From a virus, in IMG/VR virus record IMGVR_UViG_3300027917_000032, positions 1 through 64,000 of that record: DNA of 64,000 nt. One strand, written 5' to 3'. The notes beneath the pieces are model-generated. The model searched no databases. It was not told where the DNA came from and saw only the letters and a list, made by a program, of their open reading frames with translations. A program made the translations under genes and the position numbers. Below, in pieces: positions 32,270 to 41,100 of the stretch (the stretch's first letter is position 1; the number at the start of each line of letters is the position of its first letter).

Positions 32270-33573
32270 CCAATCTCCTCCATCATGTCAATCTTGTAAC
32301 GTCGCGGACCCCGACTCTCGTAGTCGCACCGCAACTTAATCGGTAGCCGCCAGGTGATGCCGTACCGCTCGTTGACTCCGTGGAGCAACTGAGTCGGCTC
32401 CGTACAGGCAGCGATGGAATTGTAGGCATAGGAGTCCGTGGCGACCCACGGGCCGTTGACCAGCAACTCGCCATCCATTTCCGTGATCGACGCCGGTTTA
32501 TGAAAGTGCCCGCAACAGTAGTAACGAATCGGCGGCCCGGCCTGAGCCCTGTTAAGGGCCATGATACGTCGCTGCCGCCGCTCCAGCCCATACCAGGGAA
32601 TCCCCATCTGCGAACGAACGTCGTCGCCGTGGAACACGCAGAAGCCGTGCCCTAGAATGTCGATGTTCGCGCTGAAAGCGTTTGGTATAGTGAAGTGGAT
32701 ATTGTCAATATCCCGGCAGTAAAGCTCGGCGTTCTTCGCCACCATGTAATCCCAGTTGTCATGGGCACCGTGGTAATCCTTCTTAAAGGATCGACGCCCG
32801 TGGTTGCCGGGCACATAGAGCACGTTTACCGTGTCAAAGTACGGGGCCAAGTCTCGGTACATCAAGGCGTGAAGCTGCCCAATGGCGTAGCAATTCTTGA
32901 AAGCGTTTTTGAAGTACGAGCGATTGGTGTGCCCATGAATCTCACCGCTTGTATGGTCGCCATAAGCGAACACTGTGATGGCCGGAAACTGAAACTGCGG
33001 GGCCAGAGTTTGCTGCGTCCACTTTAGCACCGTATCGACCAGATTCTCGGCACGACAAATGCTAATAGGAAAATCGTAGCACTCCAGACCGCCACACTCT
33101 TCTGGCGTAACGATCTGATCGTGGTGCCCGTCACTAATATGCAAAGCCAGGTGCTCAATTACCTCGCCCTTCTTCGGCTTCGTGTAAGGCTTCCGCGCCT
33201 TCGGCAACGCTTTGAACGGCGTGACAATATCTGTCATTTCCTCAACTACCGCTTGGAACAAGCCTTGCGACTTAACGGCAGTCTTGAGTTGACGACGAGC
33301 CAGATTCCGCTCATCCCGCAAGTGGAGCACTTCACCCTCAAGCTCAAGGATACGCTCGTTGGTGGGGTCAATCTCCGCTATCTTAGCACGCTGACCCGCA
33401 GGCCGCTTGGGCGGGGCCTTTGGACCCTTTACGTCAGCATGTGCCCGGCCCGTCGCAATATCAGAAACAGTCGAGCGGCTGATCTTAAACTTCTTCGCAA
33501 TCTGCGGCTGAGTCAGCTTATCTTCAGCCAGCAGTTGCTTGATCTTCTTCACCTTCGCTTTTGTCAACTTCAT
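32266..33573 (-). CDS. HTH plus coiled coil plus calcineurin-like metallophosphoesterase
   Basis: TQPQIAKKFKISRSTVSDI; SDGH, GD, GNHGR, HGD, GHFH. Confidence 0.85.
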   Translation of the reverse strand: MKLTKAKVKKIKQLLAEDKLTQPQIAKKFKISRSTVSDIATGRAHADVKGPKAPPKRPAGQRAKIAEIDPTNERILELEGEVLHLRDERNLARRQLKTAVKSQGLFQAVVEEMTDIVTPFKALPKARKPYTKPKKGEVIEHLALHISDGHHDQIVTPEECGGLECYDFPISICRAENLVDTVLKWTQQTLAPQFQFPAITVFAYGDHTSGEIHGHTNRSYFKNAFKNCYAIGQLHALMYRDLAPYFDTVNVLYVPGNHGRRSFKKDYHGAHDNWDYMVAKNAELYCRDIDNIHFTIPNAFSANIDILGHGFCVFHGDDVRSQMGIPWYGLERRQRRIMALNRAQAGPPIRYYCCGHFHKPASITEMDGELLVNGPWVATDSYAYNSIAACTEPTQLLHGVNERYGITWRLPIKLRCDYESRGPRRYKIDMMEEIG

Positions 33574-33586
33574 TGTGAACCTCCGT

Positions 33587-34093
33587 TCAATAGCAATCCT
33601 CCAAGCAGTGAACACAAATACCAGCGAGTTTACGAATCTCATCAAGCGAGTCGTACACCCCGGCAGTATTTGTCCAAGCGTCGATAGCACGTCGCAGATA
33701 GGTGTCAAACATAGTCGCGTAGGCAAATGGCGTATTCTCAATGCCATCAGTGCGGCTGGACGGCAATACGTCTTGGTATGCACGCTCGCCGTTAATAGCG
33801 CAAACAACATCCGGCAGCGTCGCCCGGCCACGCACAACAATACGCTCACCCACCGGCCCCGCGCCACGCCACACTACGCCATTCTCCATCATGCAGAGAC
33901 AGCAACAAGTCAGCGTGGCAAACAAATTTGACAAACTATCGTCAAAGCGACCGCTAGTTAAAGCCGCATCAATCTCTGCCAGCCCACTTTTAAGGCCAAC
34001 CAGCCAATAGGACACGTTAGGTGCATCAAGGCCGGAACCGTTATCGTCCTGCGTGATCTTTTCAATGACTTTGTAGATTTCGTTACGGGTCAT
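33587..34093 (-). CDS. hypothetical protein with two repeated helical units, possibly all-alpha NTP pyrophosphohydrolase (MazG)-like
   Basis: AI..ER.YQD...EIRKLAGICVHCLE, preceded by a degenerate first copy. Confidence 0.5.
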   Translation of the reverse strand: MTRNEIYKVIEKITQDDNGSGLDAPNVSYWLVGLKSGLAEIDAALTSGRFDDSLSNLFATLTCCCLCMMENGVVWRGAGPVGERIVVRGRATLPDVVCAINGERAYQDVLPSSRTDGIENTPFAYATMFDTYLRRAIDAWTNTAGVYDSLDEIRKLAGICVHCLEDCY

Positions 34094-34419
34094 TCTTGCT
34101 CCAAACTGATGAGGTTATTGTCAACGAGTACATTAGCGACCGCCGTAGCCAGCGTTGTGATAAATGGCTCCTCCATCTTCTCCGACCTGAAAGCCGCGCC
34201 AAGCATGGGCGTTCGGTTAAAAATGGCGTGCAGTACCTCATGGATCGCCGTGTCCAGAACGCCCAATGGTGTTTGCTTTATCGAGACGCGGATAAAGTCG
34301 TCTCCGCAAAGTCCGTTCATTTGGCTATCCGGGTCGCTCAAATCAACGTCTCTTGGATCAGAGACGAATGTCAAGGCGTAGGGATAACCTTGAACCATTA
34401 ACTTAGTAGGATACTTCAT
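34090..34419 (-). CDS. small HExxH metallopeptidase-like protein
   Basis: G.C....I.V......DTAIHEVLHAI...EE. Confidence 0.7.
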   Translation of the reverse strand: MKYPTKLMVQGYPYALTFVSDPRDVDLSDPDSQMNGLCGDDFIRVSIKQTPLGVLDTAIHEVLHAIFNRTPMLGAAFRSEKMEEPFITTLATAVANVLVDNNLISLEQE

Positions 34420-35477
34420 TTTACCTCCGCATAGTAGTCAGGGCTAACGGCTTTGAGAATGAGGCGACCACCTAGCACGGGGCTGAACGTCTCCTCCAGC
34501 GGCGTAATCACAATCCCCTCGCGGCCCTTGAAGTCGCAACAAATATTCTCGGGACTGGCGAGCGTGGTTGGGCCACTAATGTACTGGTCAATAAGCTCAG
34601 GTCGGAAGGGGCCTTCATAGAGCACCGGCACAGTCGCAATCTCAAACAGGTCACAGTATGTCTTTATATCCTCCCAGTCAAGGTAATCACCGTCAACTGA
34701 AATATCAAAGACCCGGTGCCCCGTAAGAGGCAGTCCATAATCCATCGACTGAACACGGCTGCCGTAGATTTCACCAAACACAATGACATTCAGCACACCA
34801 CGACTAATGAACTCCATCATCTGAATCATGTTGTCAGTCATCGGGAGCCAATACGGAGAGAAGTCGTGATTTGCGTTCCGCATTTTCACACGGACGTTGT
34901 GTGAACCCGCCATACCTACGCCATCAATCACACCCACCCGCGAGTTTGAACCGTGAATCTTCTCGGTAATCCGAACCGGCGTGCCCGTTGGCAGCGCAGA
35001 GGCGTAGCGATAGTAGTGCTGGATATTGGTATACTTATGGAACGCCGGATGGTCGGGCTCCGCGTCCGAGCTTCGCATCTTCGGCGGCGGCTGATACTTC
35101 TCTGCGCTGAACGCTTCTGATACGTCGTCACCAACCTTCACGTCGCCCAACGTCACACCCAGCCGCTCGTCAAGAGGCAGGCCGAAACCAAATGACGGCA
35201 CGCCGCGTAGGCGGATCGCCCCGACTCGGCACTGAGACTTCTCCGAATCGCCGGGGTAGACCGCGTGCTTCAAGTAATTCTTCACGCCCAACGCATCGGC
35301 CACGGACTCTGGGATCATAATGTCAGGCGGAAAGTACACGCAAGACTGGCCGACATGAAAGCAGTCAAGAGGAGCTACGAGTTGAGTATCAAGCACCTTG
35401 ACAATCTCCAGACGGTCGGCGTTGGGGTGCTGCGTCACAGACTTGACAGCAACGATTTCGACAGGGGTTTCACTCAT
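34416..35477 (-). CDS. RNA ligase, DRB0094 family
   Basis: HPNADRLE OB domain, TEKIHGSN, FGEIYG, FDI, REGIV, ILK.VS.DY. Confidence 0.9.
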   Translation of the reverse strand: MSETPVEIVAVKSVTQHPNADRLEIVKVLDTQLVAPLDCFHVGQSCVYFPPDIMIPESVADALGVKNYLKHAVYPGDSEKSQCRVGAIRLRGVPSFGFGLPLDERLGVTLGDVKVGDDVSEAFSAEKYQPPPKMRSSDAEPDHPAFHKYTNIQHYYRYASALPTGTPVRITEKIHGSNSRVGVIDGVGMAGSHNVRVKMRNANHDFSPYWLPMTDNMIQMMEFISRGVLNVIVFGEIYGSRVQSMDYGLPLTGHRVFDISVDGDYLDWEDIKTYCDLFEIATVPVLYEGPFRPELIDQYISGPTTLASPENICCDFKGREGIVITPLEETFSPVLGGRLILKAVSPDYYAEVK

Positions 35478-35712
35478 TTGCAAACTCCGATGTTTGGTCA
35501 AGTAGTCTGAGGGTTATGCCGTTCCGGTCATGCTTAGCGAGTAGACCCGCAAGCCTCGCGCACTCTTGGAGTGTCTCGGTCAGTTCTTTGACGCGATCCC
35601 GCGCATCGTCGCGCTCTATTTCCAGCGTGTCACGCTCACTCTGAGCATAGAACAACTCGTCATTGAGCAGGCTAACTTCGTTCTGGTATGAGTCGCATTG
35701 TTCACAAATCAC
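35470..35712 (-). CDS. small coiled-coil protein
   Basis: Heptad pattern. Confidence 0.55.
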   Translation of the reverse strand: MICEQCDSYQNEVSLLNDELFYAQSERDTLEIERDDARDRVKELTETLQECARLAGLLAKHDRNGITLRLLDQTSEFANE

Positions 35713-37562
35713 ACTAGCTCCCTCGCAAAGATAGGTTTCGTTCGGTCAATGGTTTCGTGGTTCTCGATGATGTATTCCATCGCCGCCTCAAAGTAATCCG
35801 GCTCGTCCGTGTCGAAGATCGCTTTGCGAATATCGACCGCGAGTAGGCGGGCGGTAACGTCCATCCTGTACGCTGCGTCATTTGTCATGCGGGTGGTAAT
35901 GTCGAGAAATTCCGACCCGGTGTGAGCAATCAACTCTTCCAGCCCTACCCTACGCAGCAAGGCCGATGCCGCCAAGTTGTAAAAGCGGTCGCCCTCCAAG
36001 GTGACAACGGGTTTTCCCAGATATAGGGCTTCTACTACCGTGTTGTACCCGCCGAACGGCCACGAGTTCAATGCAAAATCGGCATATTCCGCTTCTTCCA
36101 TGTATTCGAGATATTCCTTATCTGCGTGCAGCGTTGCAAAATCGCCCACCTGATGTGCGATTTCGTTAGCAAATGGTATGAAAGCGTTGTACCGATGAAC
36201 GCCCCGGCTGGCGAAGATCGCAAAGTGAATGTCAGGACAACGACGGTGAAGCTCCTGCAACGTCCGTATCATCGTGTAGTTGTACTTGTCCGGTCCCCAG
36301 ACGCAGTTTACCACGACCTTATCCGACTTCTGCTTAGGATACTTCCGCTCAAACGTGGGCCATACTGGCGTGCAGCCGAGCCCTGGCAGAACAATGGGCG
36401 TCTCGGAGTAGTTCTTGTCCAGGTCGTCAATCTTCTCTGTCTCCTCGCCCACAACAAAGTAGTCTATCTCACTGCCGAAGGTACTGACCGGGTGGCCGTA
36501 GCTCGTCACCTGAATCGGAGCGAGGCGCAGGTTGCTGAGCCACACCGATTCGTCTGTCATCCCAATGTCGGGGTAGTAGATCAACTGAAAATCGTTTTCC
36601 GTGACCAGACTCAATGGCAACTCGTGTACGCCCTTCGCGTCCAGTGTAAACTGCATCTTATGAATCGTATCAAAGTACACCTTCGCGTGTTCGGGGACAG
36701 CGTAGGGGCCGGTGTGCAGCAGTGTCAGCTTGTAGTTTGGTCGAAACCGATCTAGGTACGGGAAGCAACTCTTATAGACTGCCGTGTGCGGCGACCACTT
36801 CGACGTGACAATAGCGATGCTGTGCCGATCCGGTTTGTTGACAATGTTAATCTCTTGCTTCTGCAAAAACTCACGGCACCCGGCGTTGACTAATTCTTTC
36901 ACACGCCGGTCAGTCCTATCCTCCCCCGCAAAGTACGTTGAGTAGAAATAAGGAAGCGTCACCCGCTGATCGAATGGGCGGTAGCGATGATCCATTTCTT
37001 GATAGTGTAGCCGCATGTTAGCTTGATAATGCGGCAGGACGCAGCCAATGGTGGCAAGCGGATAGGTAAAATGCCAGAGACTAGCCAGGCGAGGATCATG
37101 GTCGAAGAGAACCTTCGCATCAATCTTTGCCATGTTCTTCACGCCGTACAAGAAGAGAATCTTAAAGTAGTTGTCACGCTGGCGTATGACCTGATTGAGA
37201 ATATCGTCTGTGTCCTGATAACTGGACATGGCAACCATATTTGCAAACAAGTGCGCCCGACTAATCATCATCGGAATGTACTCGTTTGGAAACTGAAAGT
37301 CAGGGTCACTAAGTACCGCCATAATGGCCGATACAATCTGGTCGATGCGATGCAGCCCTTCCTGGTTAATTGTCCGAAAGTTGCATTGTTGAAAATAGTA
37401 CATCACTTCAAGGATGCTTTTGCAAATCTCCCCATACTGCCCTTTGTAGAGAAGTGTGTAGAGGCGCTTTCGGTCGGTCACTGGTAGATCGGTCTTATTC
37501 GGCTGTATCTCAAACGGCGGGCGTTGCTTCCGTTGCCGCTTCTTCTTACGACGTTTCGGCAT
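35709..37562 (-). CDS. HMW1C-like glycosyltransferase (GT41, OGT/SPINDLY-related)
   Basis: LSDPDF, SS..DTD.IL, H.AVYK, Y.DIGM, LRLAPIQV..YGHP.ST....IDY, PFGG.NT..EAL..GKP.V. Confidence 0.88.
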   Translation of the reverse strand: MPKRRKKKRQRKQRPPFEIQPNKTDLPVTDRKRLYTLLYKGQYGEICKSILEVMYYFQQCNFRTINQEGLHRIDQIVSAIMAVLSDPDFQFPNEYIPMMISRAHLFANMVAMSSYQDTDDILNQVIRQRDNYFKILFLYGVKNMAKIDAKVLFDHDPRLASLWHFTYPLATIGCVLPHYQANMRLHYQEMDHRYRPFDQRVTLPYFYSTYFAGEDRTDRRVKELVNAGCREFLQKQEINIVNKPDRHSIAIVTSKWSPHTAVYKSCFPYLDRFRPNYKLTLLHTGPYAVPEHAKVYFDTIHKMQFTLDAKGVHELPLSLVTENDFQLIYYPDIGMTDESVWLSNLRLAPIQVTSYGHPVSTFGSEIDYFVVGEETEKIDDLDKNYSETPIVLPGLGCTPVWPTFERKYPKQKSDKVVVNCVWGPDKYNYTMIRTLQELHRRCPDIHFAIFASRGVHRYNAFIPFANEIAHQVGDFATLHADKEYLEYMEEAEYADFALNSWPFGGYNTVVEALYLGKPVVTLEGDRFYNLAASALLRRVGLEELIAHTGSEFLDITTRMTNDAAYRMDVTARLLAVDIRKAIFDTDEPDYFEAAMEYIIENHETIDRTKPIFARELV

Positions 37563-38727
37563 GGTAATCATCCTCTGTGTATTCTTTGATGCCAAAGGGT
37601 TCAACAACATATACCGTTTTCACGCAGGGGTAGCACTGTTGAATCTCCATCCAAATGTCGGCCGCGCGCCAGCGAGTCGTGATAAGTACCGTCTCGGCTG
37701 GGTTCTCGTACAGAGACTCGGCGTGTTCAATCAATTGCCCCGTGCCGGGAACGTACCGGCCCGCCTTGCGTCGGTCGGAGTCAATAACCCGCCCCTTGGT
37801 AATGTGGAACGCATTAAGGAACGCCGCTCCCTTGCCCGTGCCGCCCCAGAACACCATGTCAGTGTCGATCAACTCCATTAGGAAGTTGACCAAACCACTC
37901 GTCCCGTGGTAATCCCAACCCTGGGGGTAGCCAGGGTAGGCTCGCGGATTTGGCACGCCGGTCCAGATGACTACTTCATCATTGTAGGTGCGGTAGCACT
38001 CACGAGTCAACCACCCGCAAGACTCAAACATCGTCCGCATACTGCGGAAGGTAAAGTTGCTCACATGCTCGTACAGGAAATCGCCCACGCGGGTTGTCGC
38101 CAGAGCCCTGTCAATGCACGGCACTTCCGCCACGAACACTGGACGAATGTTATTCTGCACGCAGGCCCAGGCCAATTCCGTGATAAACTCCCGTGGTTGC
38201 TCCATGTGCTCCAGTACATGACGACACACCAGCATGTCAGGCTTGTGCTTGCCCAAGTCCCGCCCAGGGATGAAGTAGTCGGCATACGTCTTTAAGCGTA
38301 GCAACTTGCAGTCCCGATGCTCTGGTCCCGGCTCATAGGCGATAGCTTCAACATCGCACTTCAGCATACAGGTAAGTTTGAGCGTGTGGAGAAACGAACC
38401 GTCGCCCGCTCCAATGTCCACCACCGTCAGATCGTTGTGGATATAGTTGTCCCGCAGCTTCAAAGCAAGCTCGTCAAGGTGACGCTGCCAGCCCCGCCCA
38501 TTGTTGAACATGAGGTTGGAATCTTCTTCATACGGGATTTGAGCCACGTCGAAGTCTTTATTGAATACATGCCCGCACTTGACGCAAACGTGGAAGTTCA
38601 TCGGATACCGCAACGCCCGCTCTGCATCCTCGCGTGTGCGGGGTAGGTTCAGGGCGGCGAGCGGTTGCGGGCCAGGTTGGTAGAGCGGGTGCGTCAAGTG
38701 ACACCCGCAGGCAAGACAGTTACTCAT
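37546..38727 (-). CDS. NDP-sugar C-methyltransferase-like SAM-dependent methyltransferase (TylC3/TcaB9 architecture)
   Basis: Zn CxxC...CxxC, DIGAGDG, HVLEH, EVP, YEH..NF, WG..GKG..FLN, K.GRY.PGT. Confidence 0.88.
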   Translation of the reverse strand: MSNCLACGCHLTHPLYQPGPQPLAALNLPRTREDAERALRYPMNFHVCVKCGHVFNKDFDVAQIPYEEDSNLMFNNGRGWQRHLDELALKLRDNYIHNDLTVVDIGAGDGSFLHTLKLTCMLKCDVEAIAYEPGPEHRDCKLLRLKTYADYFIPGRDLGKHKPDMLVCRHVLEHMEQPREFITELAWACVQNNIRPVFVAEVPCIDRALATTRVGDFLYEHVSNFTFRSMRTMFESCGWLTRECYRTYNDEVVIWTGVPNPRAYPGYPQGWDYHGTSGLVNFLMELIDTDMVFWGGTGKGAAFLNAFHITKGRVIDSDRRKAGRYVPGTGQLIEHAESLYENPAETVLITTRWRAADIWMEIQQCYPCVKTVYVVEPFGIKEYTEDDYHAETS

Positions 38728-38835
38728 GGCCGGAAATCCTTATCTACCACGCACAAACGCGGTATGTAATGAGGGTTAATGTTCAAAGTCTTGCAGACAA
38801 CATACCACTGCCCTGCATACAGAACATGGTCGCCT

Positions 38836-39435
38836 TTACGAAGCATTAGCATGTTCGTGTCGTTCCTCCAAAGGTCGGTGCATTAAGCGGGCATAAACCT
38901 CATCAATGCTGATAGGTCGCCATCGACCAATCAACCGATGAATGTTGTCGATACCAACGTCCATCGCTCGCCGGTTGGGCCAGAGGCTATCCAGCTTCTC
39001 TTCAAATTTACCGTGACTATGACCGTACAGATGGATGCTGCCCTTTTGCATACCACGCCACGACAGCATGGGCTCGTGGCTCATGCGGATACGGATGCGG
39101 TCGGTATTACCATGTGCAGTAGCTACGGTGAAACGCCGGTAAAGCAAGTCGTTCAGGGAGGAGCCGTGCCGACGCAGACTACTCGCATCGTGGTTGCCAC
39201 GGATAAAGTGTAGTTCGCGCACTTTCAGCCGCGCCCGGTAGTGACCTGCCCGGCTTGCTTGCCAGCAGAAGTCTCCCAAGTGGTACAAAGTGTCGTTAGG
39301 TTGTACCCAATAGTTCACGGCACCGATCAACATGGCGTCCATGTCGGCCAAGTCGCGGGTTTCTTGGAAACGCGCGTCTTGGTGAACACGGACGCCAGCG
39401 TGGCCGAAGTGTAGGTCAGCGGTAAACCAGATCAT
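38836..39435 (-). CDS. calcineurin-like metallophosphoesterase
   Basis: ADLHFGH, LGDF, GNHD, H.P, GHSH, DVGID. Confidence 0.9.
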   Translation of the reverse strand: MIWFTADLHFGHAGVRVHQDARFQETRDLADMDAMLIGAVNYWVQPNDTLYHLGDFCWQASRAGHYRARLKVRELHFIRGNHDASSLRRHGSSLNDLLYRRFTVATAHGNTDRIRIRMSHEPMLSWRGMQKGSIHLYGHSHGKFEEKLDSLWPNRRAMDVGIDNIHRLIGRWRPISIDEVYARLMHRPLEERHEHANAS

Positions 39436-39450
39436 GTATTCCTCCACCCC

Positions 39451-39479
39451 AGTCTACCATACAAAAGGGCGGTTGTCAA
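39451..39479 (-). promoter_or_regulatory. sigma70-type promoter
   Basis: TTGACA-N17-TAGACT with TG extension. Confidence 0.8.
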
Positions 39480-39510
39480 ATAAATAAGGGAGGGGTGCGA
39501 CACCCCTCCC
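39478..39510 (-). terminator. rho-independent terminator
   Basis: GGGAGGGGTG-TCG-CACCCCTCCC followed by TTATTTATTT. Confidence 0.8.
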
Positions 39511-39521
39511 AGGTCGCAAGG

Positions 39522-40043
39522 CTATGCTTCAGGGTCCGTTTCTTCGGGATCAACGAGGGGCTTGATAATAGCCCGCGCCTCGTCCATCAATGTAGCCGTC
39601 TTTTCCAAGGAGGGTCGAGCCTGCTCCATGAGGCCGACGCCTTCACAGATAAGGGCCGCCCCCTTAAACTGCTGTGAAATACTCCCATCGGCAGTCTCGG
39701 CCAACATAGCCCCATAATTCGCCGTTACATGGCCCTGTCCAAACACCTTCCCCGCCACATTGAGGTTTTCGCCCACTTCGTTGACGATTGCACTAAGACG
39801 TTCAAGGTCTGCTTCGGAGCAACCAAGTTCCTCATAAAGAGGCAGATTTTGCGGCAGTGCCATAACGAAGAAAACGGCATCGTTACCAAGCCGCGAAAGC
39901 TCACCCCCCACGTCCTGCACGCTCGCCATCGCCACATCCACCGCAGTCTCCGCAACTACCTCCACTAGCGGCATGTCCGCATCACACGCGGCGACCGGGC
40001 CGCCAATCCCAACACACAAAAGCAGCGTCAACAGATACTTCAT
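39522..40043 (-). CDS. putative exported helical protein
   Basis: MKYLLTLLLCVGIGGPVAA signal peptide. Confidence 0.65.
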   Translation of the reverse strand: MKYLLTLLLCVGIGGPVAACDADMPLVEVVAETAVDVAMASVQDVGGELSRLGNDAVFFVMALPQNLPLYEELGCSEADLERLSAIVNEVGENLNVAGKVFGQGHVTANYGAMLAETADGSISQQFKGAALICEGVGLMEQARPSLEKTATLMDEARAIIKPLVDPEETDPEA

Positions 40044-40069
40044 CACACTTCTCCCTCGGGTTAAAGAAA

Positions 40070-40297
40070 CTACGTCCACTCGTAATGGTACGTCTTATAC
40101 ACGAAATCGTGAATGTCTCCGACAACGCTCGGGTTTACACTCTGCCACGGCTGGCCTGCCTGCGACGGCGGCAGTAGTCTAACCCCTTTGTAGAGGGTCT
40201 TGCCGCCCTTCAACTGATTTGGACACACCTTTGTAATCAAGCCGGTAACACCGTGCTGGCAAACCGCCACGACCCCGACATCTGGTTTAATCGCCAT
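40070..40297 (-). CDS. hypothetical protein
   Basis: AGGAG RBS. Confidence 0.55.
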   Translation of the reverse strand: MAIKPDVGVVAVCQHGVTGLITKVCPNQLKGGKTLYKGVRLLPPSQAGQPWQSVNPSVVGDIHDFVYKTYHYEWT

Positions 40298-40460
40298 CAA
40301 TGAACTCCTGCGTCTTGTAGTAAACAGATGCCACAACACCGGGATCAAGCCCAGCCTCATTAGCACAAGAGAGCAAATTCTGTGCCAACCGCCCGATGAA
40401 CCGAAGCTCGGCTACGGAGAAATCCACCAGCGGCGTCTCCGATGGGTAATCGTCAATCAT
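40287..40460 (-). CDS. hypothetical protein
   Basis: ATGA overlap. Confidence 0.5.
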   Translation of the reverse strand: MIDDYPSETPLVDFSVAELRFIGRLAQNLLSCANEAGLDPGVVASVYYKTQEFIDGD

Positions 40461-40864
40461 TCTCCCCTCCACCACTCTAGCCAGGTGCGTCGAACTCTGG
40501 GTCCAGGGGTCGGCTCGGGCTCCCGTCGCCACCGGAACGGGTCGTCGTTCCGCTCGCGGACTTGCCTAATCACGTCATCGAGTTTCCGCAAGACCTTGTA
40601 GACAAGGATACGACCCTCTTCAAGCTCGGAACAAGAAGCAGTCTTGATCGTTGCAGGGTCGTTGCAAATCGTCTCGACGGCGGTGAGTTTCTCCACAATG
40701 TCGCCCAAGTACCAACAGGAGAAGTCGTAGGTGATCTTCAACTTGTCACCCTCACGCACATTCTCGACAGAGGTAAGTGCGGTGACTGCTTCCTTATTAC
40801 GGAGGTAGGCGTCGTAGTCCAACTCCATCTTAATCTTAACGTTCTCAATGCGTGTGGGGTTCAT
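40457..40864 (-). CDS. hypothetical protein
   Basis: ATGA overlap. Confidence 0.6.
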   Translation of the reverse strand: MNPTRIENVKIKMELDYDAYLRNKEAVTALTSVENVREGDKLKITYDFSCWYLGDIVEKLTAVETICNDPATIKTASCSELEEGRILVYKVLRKLDDVIRQVRERNDDPFRWRREPEPTPGPRVRRTWLEWWRGE

Positions 40865-41100
40865 GCTTCGATCTGCTCCTGCAACGCTCGGCACGTTGGC
40901 ACAATAGCCTTGTGAAGAATATCCATTTCGTAAGACGTGCAATCATACTCAATTGCCGCCATAACAAACTCGCCGTCCGTATCCTCCACCTTAACAACGC
41001 AGCGATTCTTCGTCGGGTCATCTGGGTTGCACGCAAAACTCATGGTCCCGTTGTTACGGGCCAAAAAGTTGAAACACTGATACAAGGTCGCACAAGACAT
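40861..41100 (-). CDS. hypothetical protein
   Basis: GGAGGAG RBS. Confidence 0.6.
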   Translation of the reverse strand: MSCATLYQCFNFLARNNGTMSFACNPDDPTKNRCVVKVEDTDGEFVMAAIEYDCTSYEMDILHKAIVPTCRALQEQIEA

